Shown here: positions 40,365 to 55,294 of the stretch, piece by piece
Position numbering within the stretch: position 1 is the stretch's first letter
How the letters are laid out: each line of letters starts with the position of its first letter
Source: Eledone cirrhosa
Lineage: Eukaryota
Length of the DNA: 64,000 nt
Assembly (NCBI GenBank): GCA_964016885.1
Contig: OZ024754.1
Span: 4,278,001-4,342,000, forward strand
Reading direction: 5' to 3'
Made by a program: the position numbers and the translations under genes
The notes under the pieces: generated by a model
The model's database searches: none
What the model saw: the letters and a program-made list of their open reading frames with translations, nothing else
What the model was told of the DNA's origin: nothing

Positions 40365-40870
40365 GTGCACACATAAACTCACACACACATTCACGCAAAC
40401 ACCTACGCCGTAATACATATGCGTACACACACAAACAAACATGTACATACATAAATACACACACACATTCACATACACACAGAAACATAGTGCACACAAA
40501 CTCACACACACACTCACACAAACACCTACGCCGTAATACATATACGTACACACACAAACAAACATGTACATACATAAACACACACACACATTCACATACA
40601 CACAGAAACATAGTGCACACAAACTCACACACACACTCACACAAACACCTACGCCGTAATACATATACGTACACACACAAACAAACATGTACATACATAA
40701 ACACACACACACATTCACATACACACAGAAACATAGTGCACACAAACTCACACACACATTCACACAAACACCTACGCCGTAATACATATACGTACACACA
40801 CAAACATACATGTGCACACATAAACTATCACATACACTCACACAAACACCCACACCGTAATACATATACA
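40365..40870. repeat. 123-bp minisatellite, four copies
   Basis: cctacgccgtaatac at 40402, 40525, 40648 and 40771. Confidence 0.95.
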
Positions 40871-41081
40871 TAAAAACATACATGTACATACATAAACACA
40901 CACACAAACAAACACACACACTCACACTCAAAGTATGTATTGCTGAAGGTGTGTGAATTTCAATTATTTTACTCCTATATTTTTTCGACTGGCAGTGATG
41001 TCACTGTGGCCATGCTGGGGCAACGAATGTGTTCAAGCGTTTAATCGATCATATCGACTTCTGTATAAATACATATATATA

Positions 41082-41238
41082 GTCTAACAAAGTTCTTTCG
41101 TTGCAACATCATCAGCAACATCATCAGTGGTACTATTATCATGTTTCCCCTGGTGTATTGTATGTATTGTAATGTCTACGCCATTTTTATTTACCACTGA
41201 TGATGTTGCAGATGTGCAACGAAAGAACTTTTTTAGAC
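41082..41238. mobile_element. Head-to-head inverted repeat with an HHR-like core (family F)
   Basis: Plus: CUGAUGA(41197-41203) U GUUGCA-GAUG-UGCAAC GAAA(41221-41224). Mirrored copy at 41082-41132. Helices I and III are not evident. Confidence 0.55.
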
Positions 41239-41409
41239 TTCCATATATATTTCCATCAACTATATATATATATATATATATATATATTCTTTATTTTTTA
41301 TTCTGCTTTTATATTTAATTTCATTTGTACCGTTTCCTCTCACCTCCTTTTTTCTATATGTCTCTCCACCACTCCCCAACACACCCTTGGAACTCTCTTC
41401 CCACACACT

Positions 41410-41478
41410 TTTCACCTGAAGAAGGGCTTATGCCCGAAACGTCGTCCCCACCACCACCCCACTCTCAAGAGCGTGAAA
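41410..41478 (+). ncRNA. Penelope-type minimal hammerhead core (family D)
   Basis: UUUCAC CUGAAGA A GGGC-UUAU-GCCC GAAA C GUC. The full helix I partner GUGAAA lies 30 nt downstream (41473-41478). Sits in a TA-bounded element at about 41290-41535. Confidence 0.6.
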
Positions 41479-41532
41479 CTAATAAACCTTTGTTCGTACT
41501 GCCTCTCTGTTTGTTCCCGTTCAATTTGTTAC

Positions 41533-41563
<31 letters not shown>

Positions 41564-41592
41564 TCGTTATCTATTTCTCGCAACGTTTGAAG

Positions 41593-41757
41593 TAGAGTTG
41601 GCTCAGTGGTTGAGAAGTTCGCTAGCCAATCATGAGATACCGTTTTCAATTCCACATACCACTGCATGACATCCTTGGGTAAGTGTCTTTACAATAGTTT
41701 TGGGTTAACTCAAGGTTTGTGAGTGACATTCGGTAGACAGAAACATTGTGGAAGCCC
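41593..41757 (+). mobile_element. tRNA-derived SINE (second family)
   Basis: tggctcagtggtt A-box-like; ttcaattcc B-box-like; ccttgggtaagtgtctt...ttgtgagtgac. Confidence 0.6.
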
Positions 41758-42062
41758 ATTGGATGGATTTGGCCTGAAATTCAATGGGAGTTTTACATTT
41801 GGCGGGAACCCATCTCATACTCGAATCTGGACTCAGCCGATTTCTTCCAGAAAATGAGAGAGAAAGTGAGAAGATATAGAGGAATAATTGATCCCAGTAT
41901 TAGACTGGTATTGTTTTATAGACCTCGAATGGATCATAGGCAAAGTTGACGGTGAGGGGATTTGAACTTAGAGGAGACAGAAGGTTGGGAATAAATACGG
42001 CAAAGGGTTCTATCCGACGTTGTAACTACTTTAGCAATTCACCTCCGACTTTAGTAAATAAT

Positions 42063-42255
42063 TGGTTCTACTTTTGGCACAAGGCCAGCAATTATTCCAG
42101 TGTATTACTGGTGCTTTATTTTATCGACCCCGTAAGGATGAAAGGCAAAGTTAACTTCGGTGGGATTTGAACTCAGACCATAAAGGGCAGTAACTCTTTG
42201 CTGAAAAGCATGGGGTTCGACCCTCTACCGATACTGCCAATCCACCAACCCATAT
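42063..42255 (-). mobile_element. Main SINE, short variant, with a 15-bp TSD
   Basis: TSD actttagtaaataat at 42048-42062 and 42256-42270. Confidence 0.92.
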
Positions 42256-42994
42256 ACTTTAGTAAATAATGACTCTTATATAAAAGTGTTGGCTTTCGTT
42301 GTACATGAATGAGACCAATCTACTGTGCCAGATACTAGTGCACTACATTAATAGTACTTTTTCATGGTTAATCAAGTAATTATTTCTTAACTTACTGCTT
42401 CGTATTTAACCGACAAATAACTAAAAGCTCGTTAAGAATGCATATATCCAAACACGTAGTGACACATATAAACGTACACATATATATATGCATACAAACA
42501 TACAAACATACAAACATACATGTACATACATACAAAAGCAAAAAATAAAATACTTCTAATTAATTAGTTATGCTTTATTAGACGTGGAACCGGACACCTG
42601 GTTTTCCAATGTTGCTATTTATTCTGCTTCATTTACTGGAGATATTTTCAAAATCATTCACGGATCGATGGCTTCTAACATCCGTAATAGGCGGGAAATT
42701 ATTGCAGGTTCGATTGTAAAGACACGATTGTGAGAGGAAATATGGTGGAACTGAAGGTGGAGGGGTGACGAGATGGACAGAGAGAGTGTCTAGAGAATTG
42801 ATTAGCTAAACCAATGGACATACTCCTGGACATTCCGTTTAGCTACGGCTGTGTTGATCTGGATAAACAATTTGGTTCTCTTATACAAATCCACAAATAC
42901 TGTATTTAAATAAGGTCATATTTCTTTTATAGCAGTAATAGTATTCAATAATGGAGCAGATGGAGATAGTCATATATGTATAATAATATTAACT

Positions 42995-43028
<34 letters not shown>

Positions 43029-43057
43029 AGCACGTACACAGAGATACAAATATTAAT

Positions 43058-44791
<1,734 letters not shown>

Positions 44792-45029
44792 ATATGTAGA
44801 GAAGATAACACACCGGAGAGAGAGATGGTGCGCCATCAGTCAAACAGGGAAAAACCAGCAGCGTACCTTCTCTACATATTATATTATAAAGGGCTCGGGA
44901 TTCCTTCTCCTCTGAACACATTAATGACAGGAAAGAGCGAGAGTCTCTGGCTCCGTTAATTTATCGTGATCGGGCAGGAAAAGATATATTTACAAAGCGT
45001 GAGGATTTATGCCCTATAGAATGGAAATA

Positions 45030-45108
45030 GCTGTCTGAAGAGCTGATCTTTCCATTGGAAATTCTCTGCATTTCCAATCTTTTGATAAGCGAAACCGTTG
45101 GTAACAGC
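45030..45108 (+). ncRNA. Canonical type I hammerhead ribozyme with extended helix II (family G)
   Basis: GCUGU CUGAAGA(45035-45041) [GCU-G-AUC..AUUGGAAAU/AUUUCCAAU..GAU-A-AGC] GAAA(45091-45094) CC GUU GG UA^ ACAGC. All core nucleotides are present; predicted cut after 45103. Confidence 0.85.
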
Positions 45109-45460
45109 ATTAGAGCAGGTGAATATTTAAATCGTATTTTAATTTATTTAAAAGATTGTTTAATGTTTGCTTGTTCCGCTCATTTATATATATATATATA
45201 AAAAATGTTAAAAGTCGGCAAAGACAACGGAAATACGGAGGATACAAAGGGCAGTCCCTTTTCATGAATCGACTCCTAAAGATACTTGCGATTTCGGTGC
45301 ATTTAGGGCGAATCCCAAATGCAGATTCGACTTTAATGACAGTTGATTACTATAAATACTAGCCTAGAAAATCAAGTAAAACCTCCACATAGCCAACATA
45401 TCCGACAGCTCTGAACCATCCGAACCCATACAAAACTAAGTTAATCAAACAGCAACGTAT

Positions 45461-45493
<33 letters not shown>

Positions 45494-45765
45494 TAAAATT
45501 TACCAAAAAGGAAAACTCATTTCTTCATAACTTAGCAAAGAAATCAAAATTTAGAAAAACGATTAAATTAAATTTCAAATTAACAATTAATTCAAGATAT
45601 TGTATCAAAACCTTAGATTCCCCAAAACACTAGAATCAGGAATTCACTCTCGCATCCAAGTCATTTTCACCATTTAACCCATGAATATAAAGTTCAGACT
45701 TAACAATTATATATATATATATATATAATAAATTTTATAAGTTGATAATACAACAGTAATATGTG

Positions 45766-45815
<50 letters not shown>

Positions 45816-45984
45816 TATATAGTTTCATAAAAGCGTAAAATTGCTTAACACATCTTTGTGTTTGAAATGTATAGAGATTATTTTCTTCCGTTCGCTGGCG
45901 TGAACAGTCAATCTAACAGAAAATTAATCGGCACCGTGATCTGCGTATATAATCCCTGTTTATCTTACACATGAATAAACCTAT

Positions 45985-46195
45985 GTATGTGTGTATGTGA
46001 GTATGTAGGTGAATATGTATCTATGTGTGTTTGTTTGCAAGTATGTACATATGCATGTATGTCAGTATATGTATTTTTATGTATGTATATTTGTATGTTT
46101 CAATTCCAAAAAATACATGCATATGTACATACATGCAAACAAACACACATAGATACATATTCACCTACATACATACATACACACATACACATATG
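45985..46195. repeat. Inverted duplication (about 75 bp) of microsatellite-like sequence
   Basis: gtatgtaggtgaatatgtatctatgtgtgtttgtttgca.gtatgtacatatgcatgtat is mirrored at about 46113-46175. Confidence 0.85.
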
Positions 46196-46210
46196 TATAC
46201 ATATATATGC

Positions 46211-46252
<42 letters not shown>

Positions 46253-46427
46253 GGGGGTAGGGGAGAGAGTGGGGTGGCTGCATGGAAAACTTTGATGGAT
46301 GGATTGGTGACACACTAGATGTGGCGGTGGATGACAGGTTGTCGGGGGAATAGATATTGTATGTAAGGAATAACAGAGAGAGAGAGAGAGAGAGAGAGAA
46401 AGAAAGAGAGAGAGAGAGAGACCAGCG

Positions 46428-46522
46428 AAGAGTAAGATAGAAAGTGTATAAGGAGGAGGAAGAGTAAGATAGAAAGTGTATAAGGAGGAGGAAGAGTAAG
46501 ATAGAAAGTGTATAAGGAGGAG
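46428..46522. repeat. 32-bp minisatellite, three copies
   Basis: aaagtgtata at 46441, 46473 and 46505. Confidence 0.92.
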
Positions 46523-47353
46523 AAAGAGTGGGAGGAAGATGGAGAGAATGAAGGAGAGATAGTGAGAGAGAAGTGTGAGGGGGGGGGGGGGATAGAGAGA
46601 AAGAAAGAGAGAGAAAGAAAAAGAAATATGTGGCGTGCAGTAGGGTGAGGTAATGTGTGTGTAATGTTGATAGAATGGGGTGTTTGACGTGGGTTACTTG
46701 GACCCACTGCGAGATATGTAAGGGAGGCACAGTTCACTAGATGGACAGAAAAAAAAGAGGGGGGTGGGACAGAGGTGTAGAAACAATGTCGTCCGGTGTA
46801 TGGCTATGGTAGGGCTTCGGTGGTGGTGGTGGTGAGGGTGGGCTGTCGGACGTATGTTGAAGTCGGTGTGAGAGAGTGCATAGGGGGGTAGGGTTTACTG
46901 CCTGAGAGTAAGAAGGGCTAGGGAAGGAGACAGATAGCTGAGGGATGAGGGACGGGATTGAATGATAGATCTATGGTGGTTGGAAGTGGTGTTGGCGGTG
47001 GCGGTGGTGGTAGTGTTGGTTGGAAATGGTGGTGGTGGTGATGGCGGTGTTGATGGCGGTGATGGTAGTGATGGCGGTGATGGTAGTGATGGTGGTGGTG
47101 GGACGGAAGTGAATGAATTGTGTCTGTATCGTAGTTGGAGAAGGAATATTTTGTGGGTGGGTGAGAGGGCTTTTAGAAAACAAAAAAACACAAAAAACAA
47201 AAAGAAACAGGCAGAAATGGGAATGGGGCGACAGATCGATTGATATAATGATAAATCGATAGAGGAAGAAAGAGAGGGAGAAGGTAGGTGTGAGGGGTGG
47301 TTTCAGTAAATATACAGATTTACTGACTTTAAGATGGGTAGAAAGTGTCTGGT

Positions 47354-47446
47354 GAAGAAGAAGAAGAAGAAGAAGAAGAAGAAGAAGAAGAAGAAGAAGA
47401 AGAAGAAGAAGAAGAAGAAGAAGAAGAAGAAGAAGAAGAAGAAGAA
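47354..47446. repeat. Pure (GAA)n tract
   Basis: About 31 uninterrupted units. Confidence 0.98.
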
Positions 47447-48029
47447 GCATAAGGTGGAATAAAAAAGGGAAAGGCAAAAAGGAGAAGAGTGAAAAGAGAA
47501 GAGTGAAAAGAGAAGAGTCATAAGAGAGAGAGAGACAGAGAGAGAGGGTAAGAGATAGTGACAGAGAGAGAGGGTAAGAGATAGTGACAGAGAGAGAGAA
47601 ACTGAAGGTATAAGGGTGTCAGTCATTAAACTGTGGCCATACTGGGGCAGTGCCTTGAATACCACGATACTTATTATGTTGTCAGGCCTGAAACAACCAA
47701 ACATTAAACGTAAATGCGCACACAGACTCACGCACACATATATATGTATGTATGTATATACACACATACACACACACACATTGTACGTTTCTGGTCTTGT
47801 GTGCCTGTGTGTAGTCCTATGTATTTATGTATGTGTCTGTGAACGTGTATTTTGTGTGTGTGTGCCGGGGCTGGCATGGGTGAGCATATTTATTCGTAAG
47901 ATCTCATTTGTGTGTAAATGTGTGAGTGTGTCTACATGTGTGTATGTATGTCTACATGTGTACGTTCATACAATCTCTTCTGTGTGTGAATCTGAGTGAG
48001 TGTGTGTCCACATGTGTGTGTTTGTACGA

Positions 48030-48074
<45 letters not shown>

Positions 48075-49406
48075 ATTGACATCAATCAAGGACCACATGC
48101 CTCAACCCACTGGGTTGCCGAAGTGGCTCAATGTCACATTTACCTTCCTCAAATTTACTGCACCACCTCAACCACAATTAGTATCTGCTATCATGCCCAC
48201 CACGAACATCGCCGCTAGCAACACACTTACTAAAACTACTAACAACCAACCCCACCACAACTACCCCCGCAGCCAGATGGCCGGCCCTCCCATGGACGCA
48301 ACTAATCTTCCGCTAGTATCACCAACAAAATTAGTAACTTTTGCTGTCATCGTATATTATATGTACCAAACCTACACCTACCCCATCACCATCACCACCA
48401 ACATACAACACCAACACCACCACCACCACCAACATACAACACCACCACCACCACCAACATACAACACCACCACCATCTCCACCGCCACTAGCTCCAATAA
48501 TACCAACCAGAATAAAAATTATATCATTCTCACCATACTTCACGACGGCTCCCTTAAGTTAAAATAACCATCACACCATCAACAATAACAACACCACAAC
48601 ACCACCAACACCACAACACCACCACCACCAAAACCACCACCACCACCAACGCTACCACAGGTACCACCACAGGCACCAACAACAACAATAACCCTATCAC
48701 TACTACAACCATCGCAGTCATAACACTACCACTACCACTGCCACTGCCAAAACTAATCGTGGTGACACCACAGCCACCAACCAAACAAACAACAACACCA
48801 CAACTATCACATTTACTCTAAATTACACTACACCACACTGGACTGCAGATTAGGGATTGAAACGACCATGCATTATTAATTCATCCCTTGTGAAAGCTGC
48901 CAAGAAAATTAGCCAAAAAAAAAACAAAAAAAAAAACAAAGAAGAACAACAACAGCAACAACAACACCAATAACAGCAACGACAACAGCAGCAATAACAA
49001 TAATATCAATAAAAAGGACATGCTAAACAAAACACCAAATCAAAAACAAACGATAAAATAATATAAATGTACAAGAAAGAAAAAAAACCATAGCAAGAAG
49101 GAATAAAGAAACAATAAGAATAGAGTGAAAATAAAGGACTGGACATGGCTAGTCTAATTATCAGTGGGATGATGGTTCCGTCCATCAAGTCATTCGTGTA
49201 GTTAGTTGCTTAGTACGTTCATTAGCAGTTTAGTTGATCGGTCGGTCAAACGGGCTTCTTAGGGAAAAGACGACCTGTCACCTTTTTGTGTGATACGGCC
49301 GATTACAGCGTTGTTAACAGCACGCAGCGCCGCCTAGAAGCATGCGTGTGTGTGTATATGTATAGATATATATATACACACATATATATGTCTACTCACA
49401 CATGCA

Positions 49407-49482
<76 letters not shown>

Positions 49483-49544
49483 TGTGTGAGTAGATATTTA
49501 TATGTGTATGTGTGCATGTGTGAGTAGATATATATATGTGTGTG

Positions 49545-49590
<46 letters not shown>

Positions 49591-49695
49591 TTTGTGTGTG
49601 TGTAGGTATGAGTGTGTGTGAATATACGTATCTATATGTATGTATAGATAGATATAGATAAAGATGTATGTAGTATGTAGGTAGGTACATATAAA

Positions 49696-49786
<91 letters not shown>

Positions 49787-49945
49787 GTATATATGTGTAT
49801 GTCTGTATATATATATGTATGTATATACGTATATATATATATATATGTGTGTGTGCAGCGTGTTCATATCAACGCTTACTCAGAGAAGGTGCTAGAGAGT
49901 GGGAGAGCCGGGGGGAAAATGAGAAGAATCAGATAGTCAGATGTA

Positions 49946-49978
<33 letters not shown>

Positions 49979-50129
49979 AATGGTCATTAGAAGCGACGTG
50001 GTGCCGTTCGTTGATTTCTGTGATGGGAGAGCAGAGATGGTTGTGGTGGATATTATTGCGGTAGCAGGGAGAGTCTGATGCCAGTTGGTGGTTAAATGTC
50101 AAATGGTCAGCTCAGTTCCCTTTGTTAAA

Positions 50130-50314
50130 CATATATATATATATATATGTGTGTGTGTGAGTGTGTGTGTGTGTGTGTATATATATATGTATAGGTGTTT
50201 GTGTGTGTGTGTGATTTGGATATATGCATACACACATATATATATATATATATATTTGTGTATATATGTATAGGTGTTTGCGTGCGTGTGTGTGTGTGTG
50301 TGATTTGGATATAT

Positions 50315-50361
<47 letters not shown>

Positions 50362-50510
50362 AGTGTGTGTGTGTGTATATATATATGTATAGGTGTTTGT
50401 GTGTGTGTGTGATTTGGATATATACATACACACATATATATATATATATTTGTGTATATATGTATAGGTGTTTGCGTGCGTGTGTGTGTGTGTGATTTGG
50501 ATATATACAT

Positions 50511-50530
<20 letters not shown>
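50130..50530. repeat. Higher-order tandem of compound TA/GT microsatellite
   Basis: gtataggtgtttg...gtgatttggatatat occurs four times in alternating variants. Confidence 0.85.
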
Positions 50531-50551
<21 letters not shown>

Positions 50552-50584
50552 CACATACTTACAAACACACAAAAAACACACAGG

Positions 50585-50618
<34 letters not shown>

Positions 50619-50732
50619 CACAAACACACACATATATATATATATATAAATATACACATACAACCATATACATAATCGTTACGTGTGATCCTTAGAGTGA
50701 TAAGTATCCAGCGAAGCTGAAAGTTCCCGCAC

Positions 50733-52600
50733 ACCAGTACCAACACCACCACCACCACCAACAGCACCACCGCCACCATCACACCACCACCACCAACACC
50801 GCCACCACCACCAACAGCACCACCGCCACCATCACTAACACCACCACCGCCACCGCCACCATCACCAACACCGCCACCAACACCACCACCGCCACCAACA
50901 GCACCACCGCCATCATCACTAACATCACCACCGCCACCATCACCAACAGCACCACCGCCACCATCACTAACACTACCACCGCCACCACCAGCACCACCAC
51001 CACCATCACTAACACCACCACCGCCACCGCCACCATCACCACCACCGCCACCACCACCACCACCACATGTACGTTTTATATTAGCAGTTGTTAACATCAA
51101 TTTACTTGATGGCAAGGAAAAAAAGACAAGGAATCGCAGAGGAACAACACCACCGCCACCACCACCATCGCCACCATCAACACCACCGTCACCACATCAC
51201 CAACACTACCACGACCACCAACACCATCGCCACCATGAACAACACCACCACCATCAACACCACTACAACCGCCACCACCACCATCGCCACCATCGCCACC
51301 ATGAACAACACCACCATCAACACCACTACAACCGCCACCACCACCATCGCCACCATGAACAACACCACCACCATCAACACCACTACAACCGCCACCACCA
51401 ACACTACCACCAACACCACTACAACCGCCACCACCACCATCGCCACCATGAACAACACCACCACCATCAACACCACTACAACCGCCACCACCACCATCGC
51501 CACCATGAACAACACCACCACCATCAACACCACTACAACCGCCACCAACACCATCGCCACCATGAACAACACCACCACCATCAACACCACTACAACCGCC
51601 ACCACCACCATCGCCACCATGAACAACACCACCACCATCAACACCACTACAACCGCCACCACCAACACTACCACCAACACCACTACAACCGCCACCACCA
51701 CCATCGCCACCATGAACAACACCACCACCATCAACACCACTACAACCGCCACCACCACCATCGCCACCATGAACAACACCACCACCATCACCACCATCAA
51801 CACCACTACAACCGCCACCACCAACACTACCACCAACACCACCACCATCAACACCACCACCACCGCCACCATGAACAACACCACCACCATCAACACCACT
51901 ACAACCGCCACCACCACCATCGCCACCATGAACAACACCACCACCATCAACACCATCACCACCACTAACAACAGTACCGCCACCAACACTACCACCGCCA
52001 CCATCAACAACACCAGCACCACCAACACCACCAACGACAGACACAGAAAGACCAACAACAACAACAACACCAACACCACCAATAACAACAACAACACCAC
52101 CACCACCAACAACAACACCACCACCAACAACAAGACCAACAACAACAACAACACCACCACCACCAACACCATGGTTGTTGGTGGTGGTGGTGGTGGTGAT
52201 AGTAGTAGTGGTGGTGATAGTAGTAGTGGTGGTGATAGTAGTAGTGGTGGTGATAGTAGTAGTAGTGGTGGTGATAGTAGTAGTAGTGGTGGTGATAGTA
52301 GTAGTAGTGGTGGTGATAGTAGTAGTAGTGGTGGTGATAGTAGTAGTAGTGGTGGTGATAGTAGTAGTAGTGGTGGTGATAGTAGTAGTAGTGGTGATAG
52401 TAGTAGTGGTGGTGATAGTAGTAGTAGTGGTGGTGATAGTAGTAGTAGTGGTGGTGATAGTAGTAGTGGTGGTGGTGATAGTAGTAGTAGTGGTGGTGAT
52501 AGTAGTAGTGGTGGTGATAGTAGTAGTAGTGGTGGTGATAGTAGTAGTAGTGGTGGTGATAGTAGTAGTAGTGGTGGTGATAGTGTTGTTGTTGTTGTTA
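50733..52600. repeat. (CAC/CAA)n tracts with a 57-bp higher-order unit, then a (GGT GAT AGT) 18-24-bp array
   Basis: The unit atcgccaccatgaacaacaccaccaccatcaacaccactacaaccgccaccaccacc repeats about ten times in about 51225-51960. Composition flips at about 52170. Confidence 0.95.
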
Positions 52601-52855
52601 CGCTTTCGGCATCTGCTAGAATGATTTAGTTTGAAATATTAACGACGTCATCCAAACGATTCCTTTCTTCTTCTTCTTCTTATTCTTATTCTTATTCTTC
52701 TTCTTCTTCTTCTTCTTCTTCTTCCACTACCATCGAACCTTCTGCTTTACTTCCAGAAACATCTATTTGTCTTTTGTCTTTTATTTTTTGTTTTTATTTC
52801 CCCCTCCGACATTAAAGTTCCTCAGTCTCTTTATAGCAATCATTATCATCTCACA

Positions 52856-53044
52856 AGGGCGGTGGATTGGCAGTATCGGTAGCGGGTCGGGCGCCATGCT
52901 TTCCAGCATAGAGTTACGTCCCTTTACTATCTGAGTTCAAATCCCGCCGAGGTTGACTTTGCTTTTCATCCTTATGGGGTCGATAAAATAAAGTACCAGT
53001 AAGGTACTGGGATAATTGCTGGCCTTGTGCCAATAGTAGAAACA
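52856..53044 (+). mobile_element. Main SINE, short variant, full length, with TSD
   Basis: agggcggtggattggcagtatcgg...tagaaaca. TSD attatcatctcac(52842-52854)/attctcatctcac(53045-53057). Confidence 0.92.
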
Positions 53045-53059
53045 ATTCTCATCTCACTT

Positions 53060-53440
53060 GGTTGTGATGATGATGGTGATGATGGTGGTATTGGTGGTAT
53101 TGGTGATAGTGATGTTAATGGGGATGGTGGTGGTGTTGATGATGTTATTGGTGAAAGTGGTGGTGGTAATATTGATGATATTGGTGATGATGGTATTGGT
53201 GATGATGATGATGATGATGATGATATTGGTGATGATGGTATTGGTGATGATGATGATGATGATATTGGTGATGATGGTATTGGTGTTGATGATGATGGTA
53301 TTGGAGATGGTAACGGTGGTGGTGGTGGTGGTTACGTTATTAATGAAGGTGATGGTGATAATGGTGATGATAGTGATGATAGTATTTATGGCGATGATGA
53401 TAGTGATGGTGGTAGCTAAGATAGTGATGGTGGTGGTGGT
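53060..53440. repeat. (GAT/GGT)n tract
   Basis: Directly visible. Confidence 0.95.
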
Positions 53441-53473
53441 GCTTTTGTTTGTTCTATATACATTTATTGTTGC

Positions 53474-53504
<31 letters not shown>

Positions 53505-53506
53505 AT

Positions 53507-53545
<39 letters not shown>

Positions 53546-54066
53546 ATATCTATTTCATTCCTTTATTACTACTGTTGTTGTTGTTGATGATCTGTGTTCA
53601 AATTCTGTCGAGGTCAACTTTGCTTTTCATCCTTTTCTTAGTTGGTGATAAAATAAAGTATCTAACAAGTACTTGGGTCGATTTAATTGGCTACATCACT
53701 CCAGACACTCTAATAATTCTTGATAACTGTGAAGAGGATAAGGTAAGTGACACGGAGAAGGGGATAAGGGTGAGGAGGAATGGGAATGAAATATCAGAGC
53801 CACTTTCATTTCTAGACTTGTATTATTGGGCTTTTAGTTTCATATTAATTCCGAGTCCAAAAATCTATAAGACCCGATTGTTATCTTTCATCTATATATT
53901 CAATTCCAGCCCCTACACTTCCTGTGCAAGTCACCTTTCCCGCATCTATGTTCTTCCCAACAGACCACTTTTCGTCACCAACAACACCATTTATTTTTTT
54001 CTTTTAAAAGACAGGCTCTAACCTAGAAAATCATGAAATATAAGGTAAACGTGTAACCCGTTCATT

Positions 54067-54172
54067 ACCGTATTTCGAATTAGATACAGTCTATATAGAT
54101 ATTTAAATTAATTAAACATTTGTTTAATTAATTCAAATATCCATATAGACTGTATCCCATTCGAAATACGGT
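54067..54172. repeat. 106-bp imperfect palindrome
   Basis: accgtatttcgaat..gatacagtctatat..aattaattaaaca-tt-tgtttaattaatt..atatagactgtatc..attcgaaatacggt. Confidence 0.9.
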
Positions 54173-55149
54173 TTTAGTTAAATATTTGTATCATAATTTA
54201 ACAAAAGGTTCTTATAACAAATTATGTTGGAAGATTTAAATTTACATAGGCGGGCGCTTTTATTTCATAGAAACAGTTTAAGGTGGGTGGTTTTATTTCA
54301 AAGAAACAGTTGGGCTGGTGTTAAGAGTGCTAAACTACTGTTTTACTTTGTTTTACTCACTCTACTTTGGTTTTCACTATTGTATTTTCAATTTTCATCA
54401 ACCTGCTTTCATAAACAATGTGCCAGCCTGGTGCAGTCTGCGACTAATCCGGGCTCTGCTGCACAAATAGATACAGATAGATATCTTTCTTTAATTCGAG
54501 ATACAGATAGAGAGAGAGAAAGGCAGAGACAAACAGAGTGAGAGAGAAACAGTGTAGGAGATTTAAAGAGAGTGGGAGACTCTACCCCAGGAAAAGGAGG
54601 CCTGTTTGTCGACAGGTTGATTTGGACTTGACCTCGGTAGGATTTGAACTTAAAATGCGGAGAGTTGCGACAAATGTCGCACGGCATTCCTCTTCTATCG
54701 GACGCTCTAACGACTCTGAGAATTCACCGCCATTTGACATGATATTATTAGAGGTTATTTAATGAACTTCTACGGATGACCTAACGTGATATAACCTAGG
54801 CACTTTCCATATATAAGTGAATGTTTTACTCCAGTAAACTTTAGACGAACATGATAGTAGACATTTATTAGAAATGTATTAATGCAACATCATGTCCCTG
54901 CTACCCTACAATTTAATATATCCTTGATGCATGTGTAGCACACATAATATATATAATAATATAATATGATGTAATATACGAAATGTAATCTAATCTAATA
55001 TATATATGAGTGTATATATATATATGTGTGTGTGTGTATATATATATATGTGTATATATATCAGTGTGTCAGTGTGTGTGCGTGTATATATAACTATATA
55101 TATATAAAATATATAACTACATATATTCATATATATACATGCATATATA

Positions 55150-55203
<54 letters not shown>

Positions 55204-55260
55204 GATATACATATATACATATGATACATACATAGATATACATATAAACATAGACATATA

Positions 55261-55294
<34 letters not shown>

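Noticed and set aside
40165-40931. Cys-rich repeat ORFs
   Set aside because: Product of a 123-bp (multiple of 3) CA-rich minisatellite.
48075-48330. Complex part of the 213-aa ORF at 47926-48567
   Set aside because: Flanked by (GT)n and (CAC)n, with no domain or clear splice signals.
51088-52629. 513-aa Thr/Asn- then Gly/Asp/Ser-rich mucin-like ORF
   Set aside because: Starts at a non-ATG codon, has no signal peptide or domain, and overlapping frames on both strands are also open. Trinucleotide arrays explain it, though transcript evidence could overturn this.
52856-52950. tRNA gene
   Set aside because: A/B-box-like motifs belong to SINE heads; no cloverleaf can be formed.
53027-53648. Asp/Gly-rich acidic ORF
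   Set aside because: (GAT/GGT)n tract; the ORF starts inside a SINE tail.
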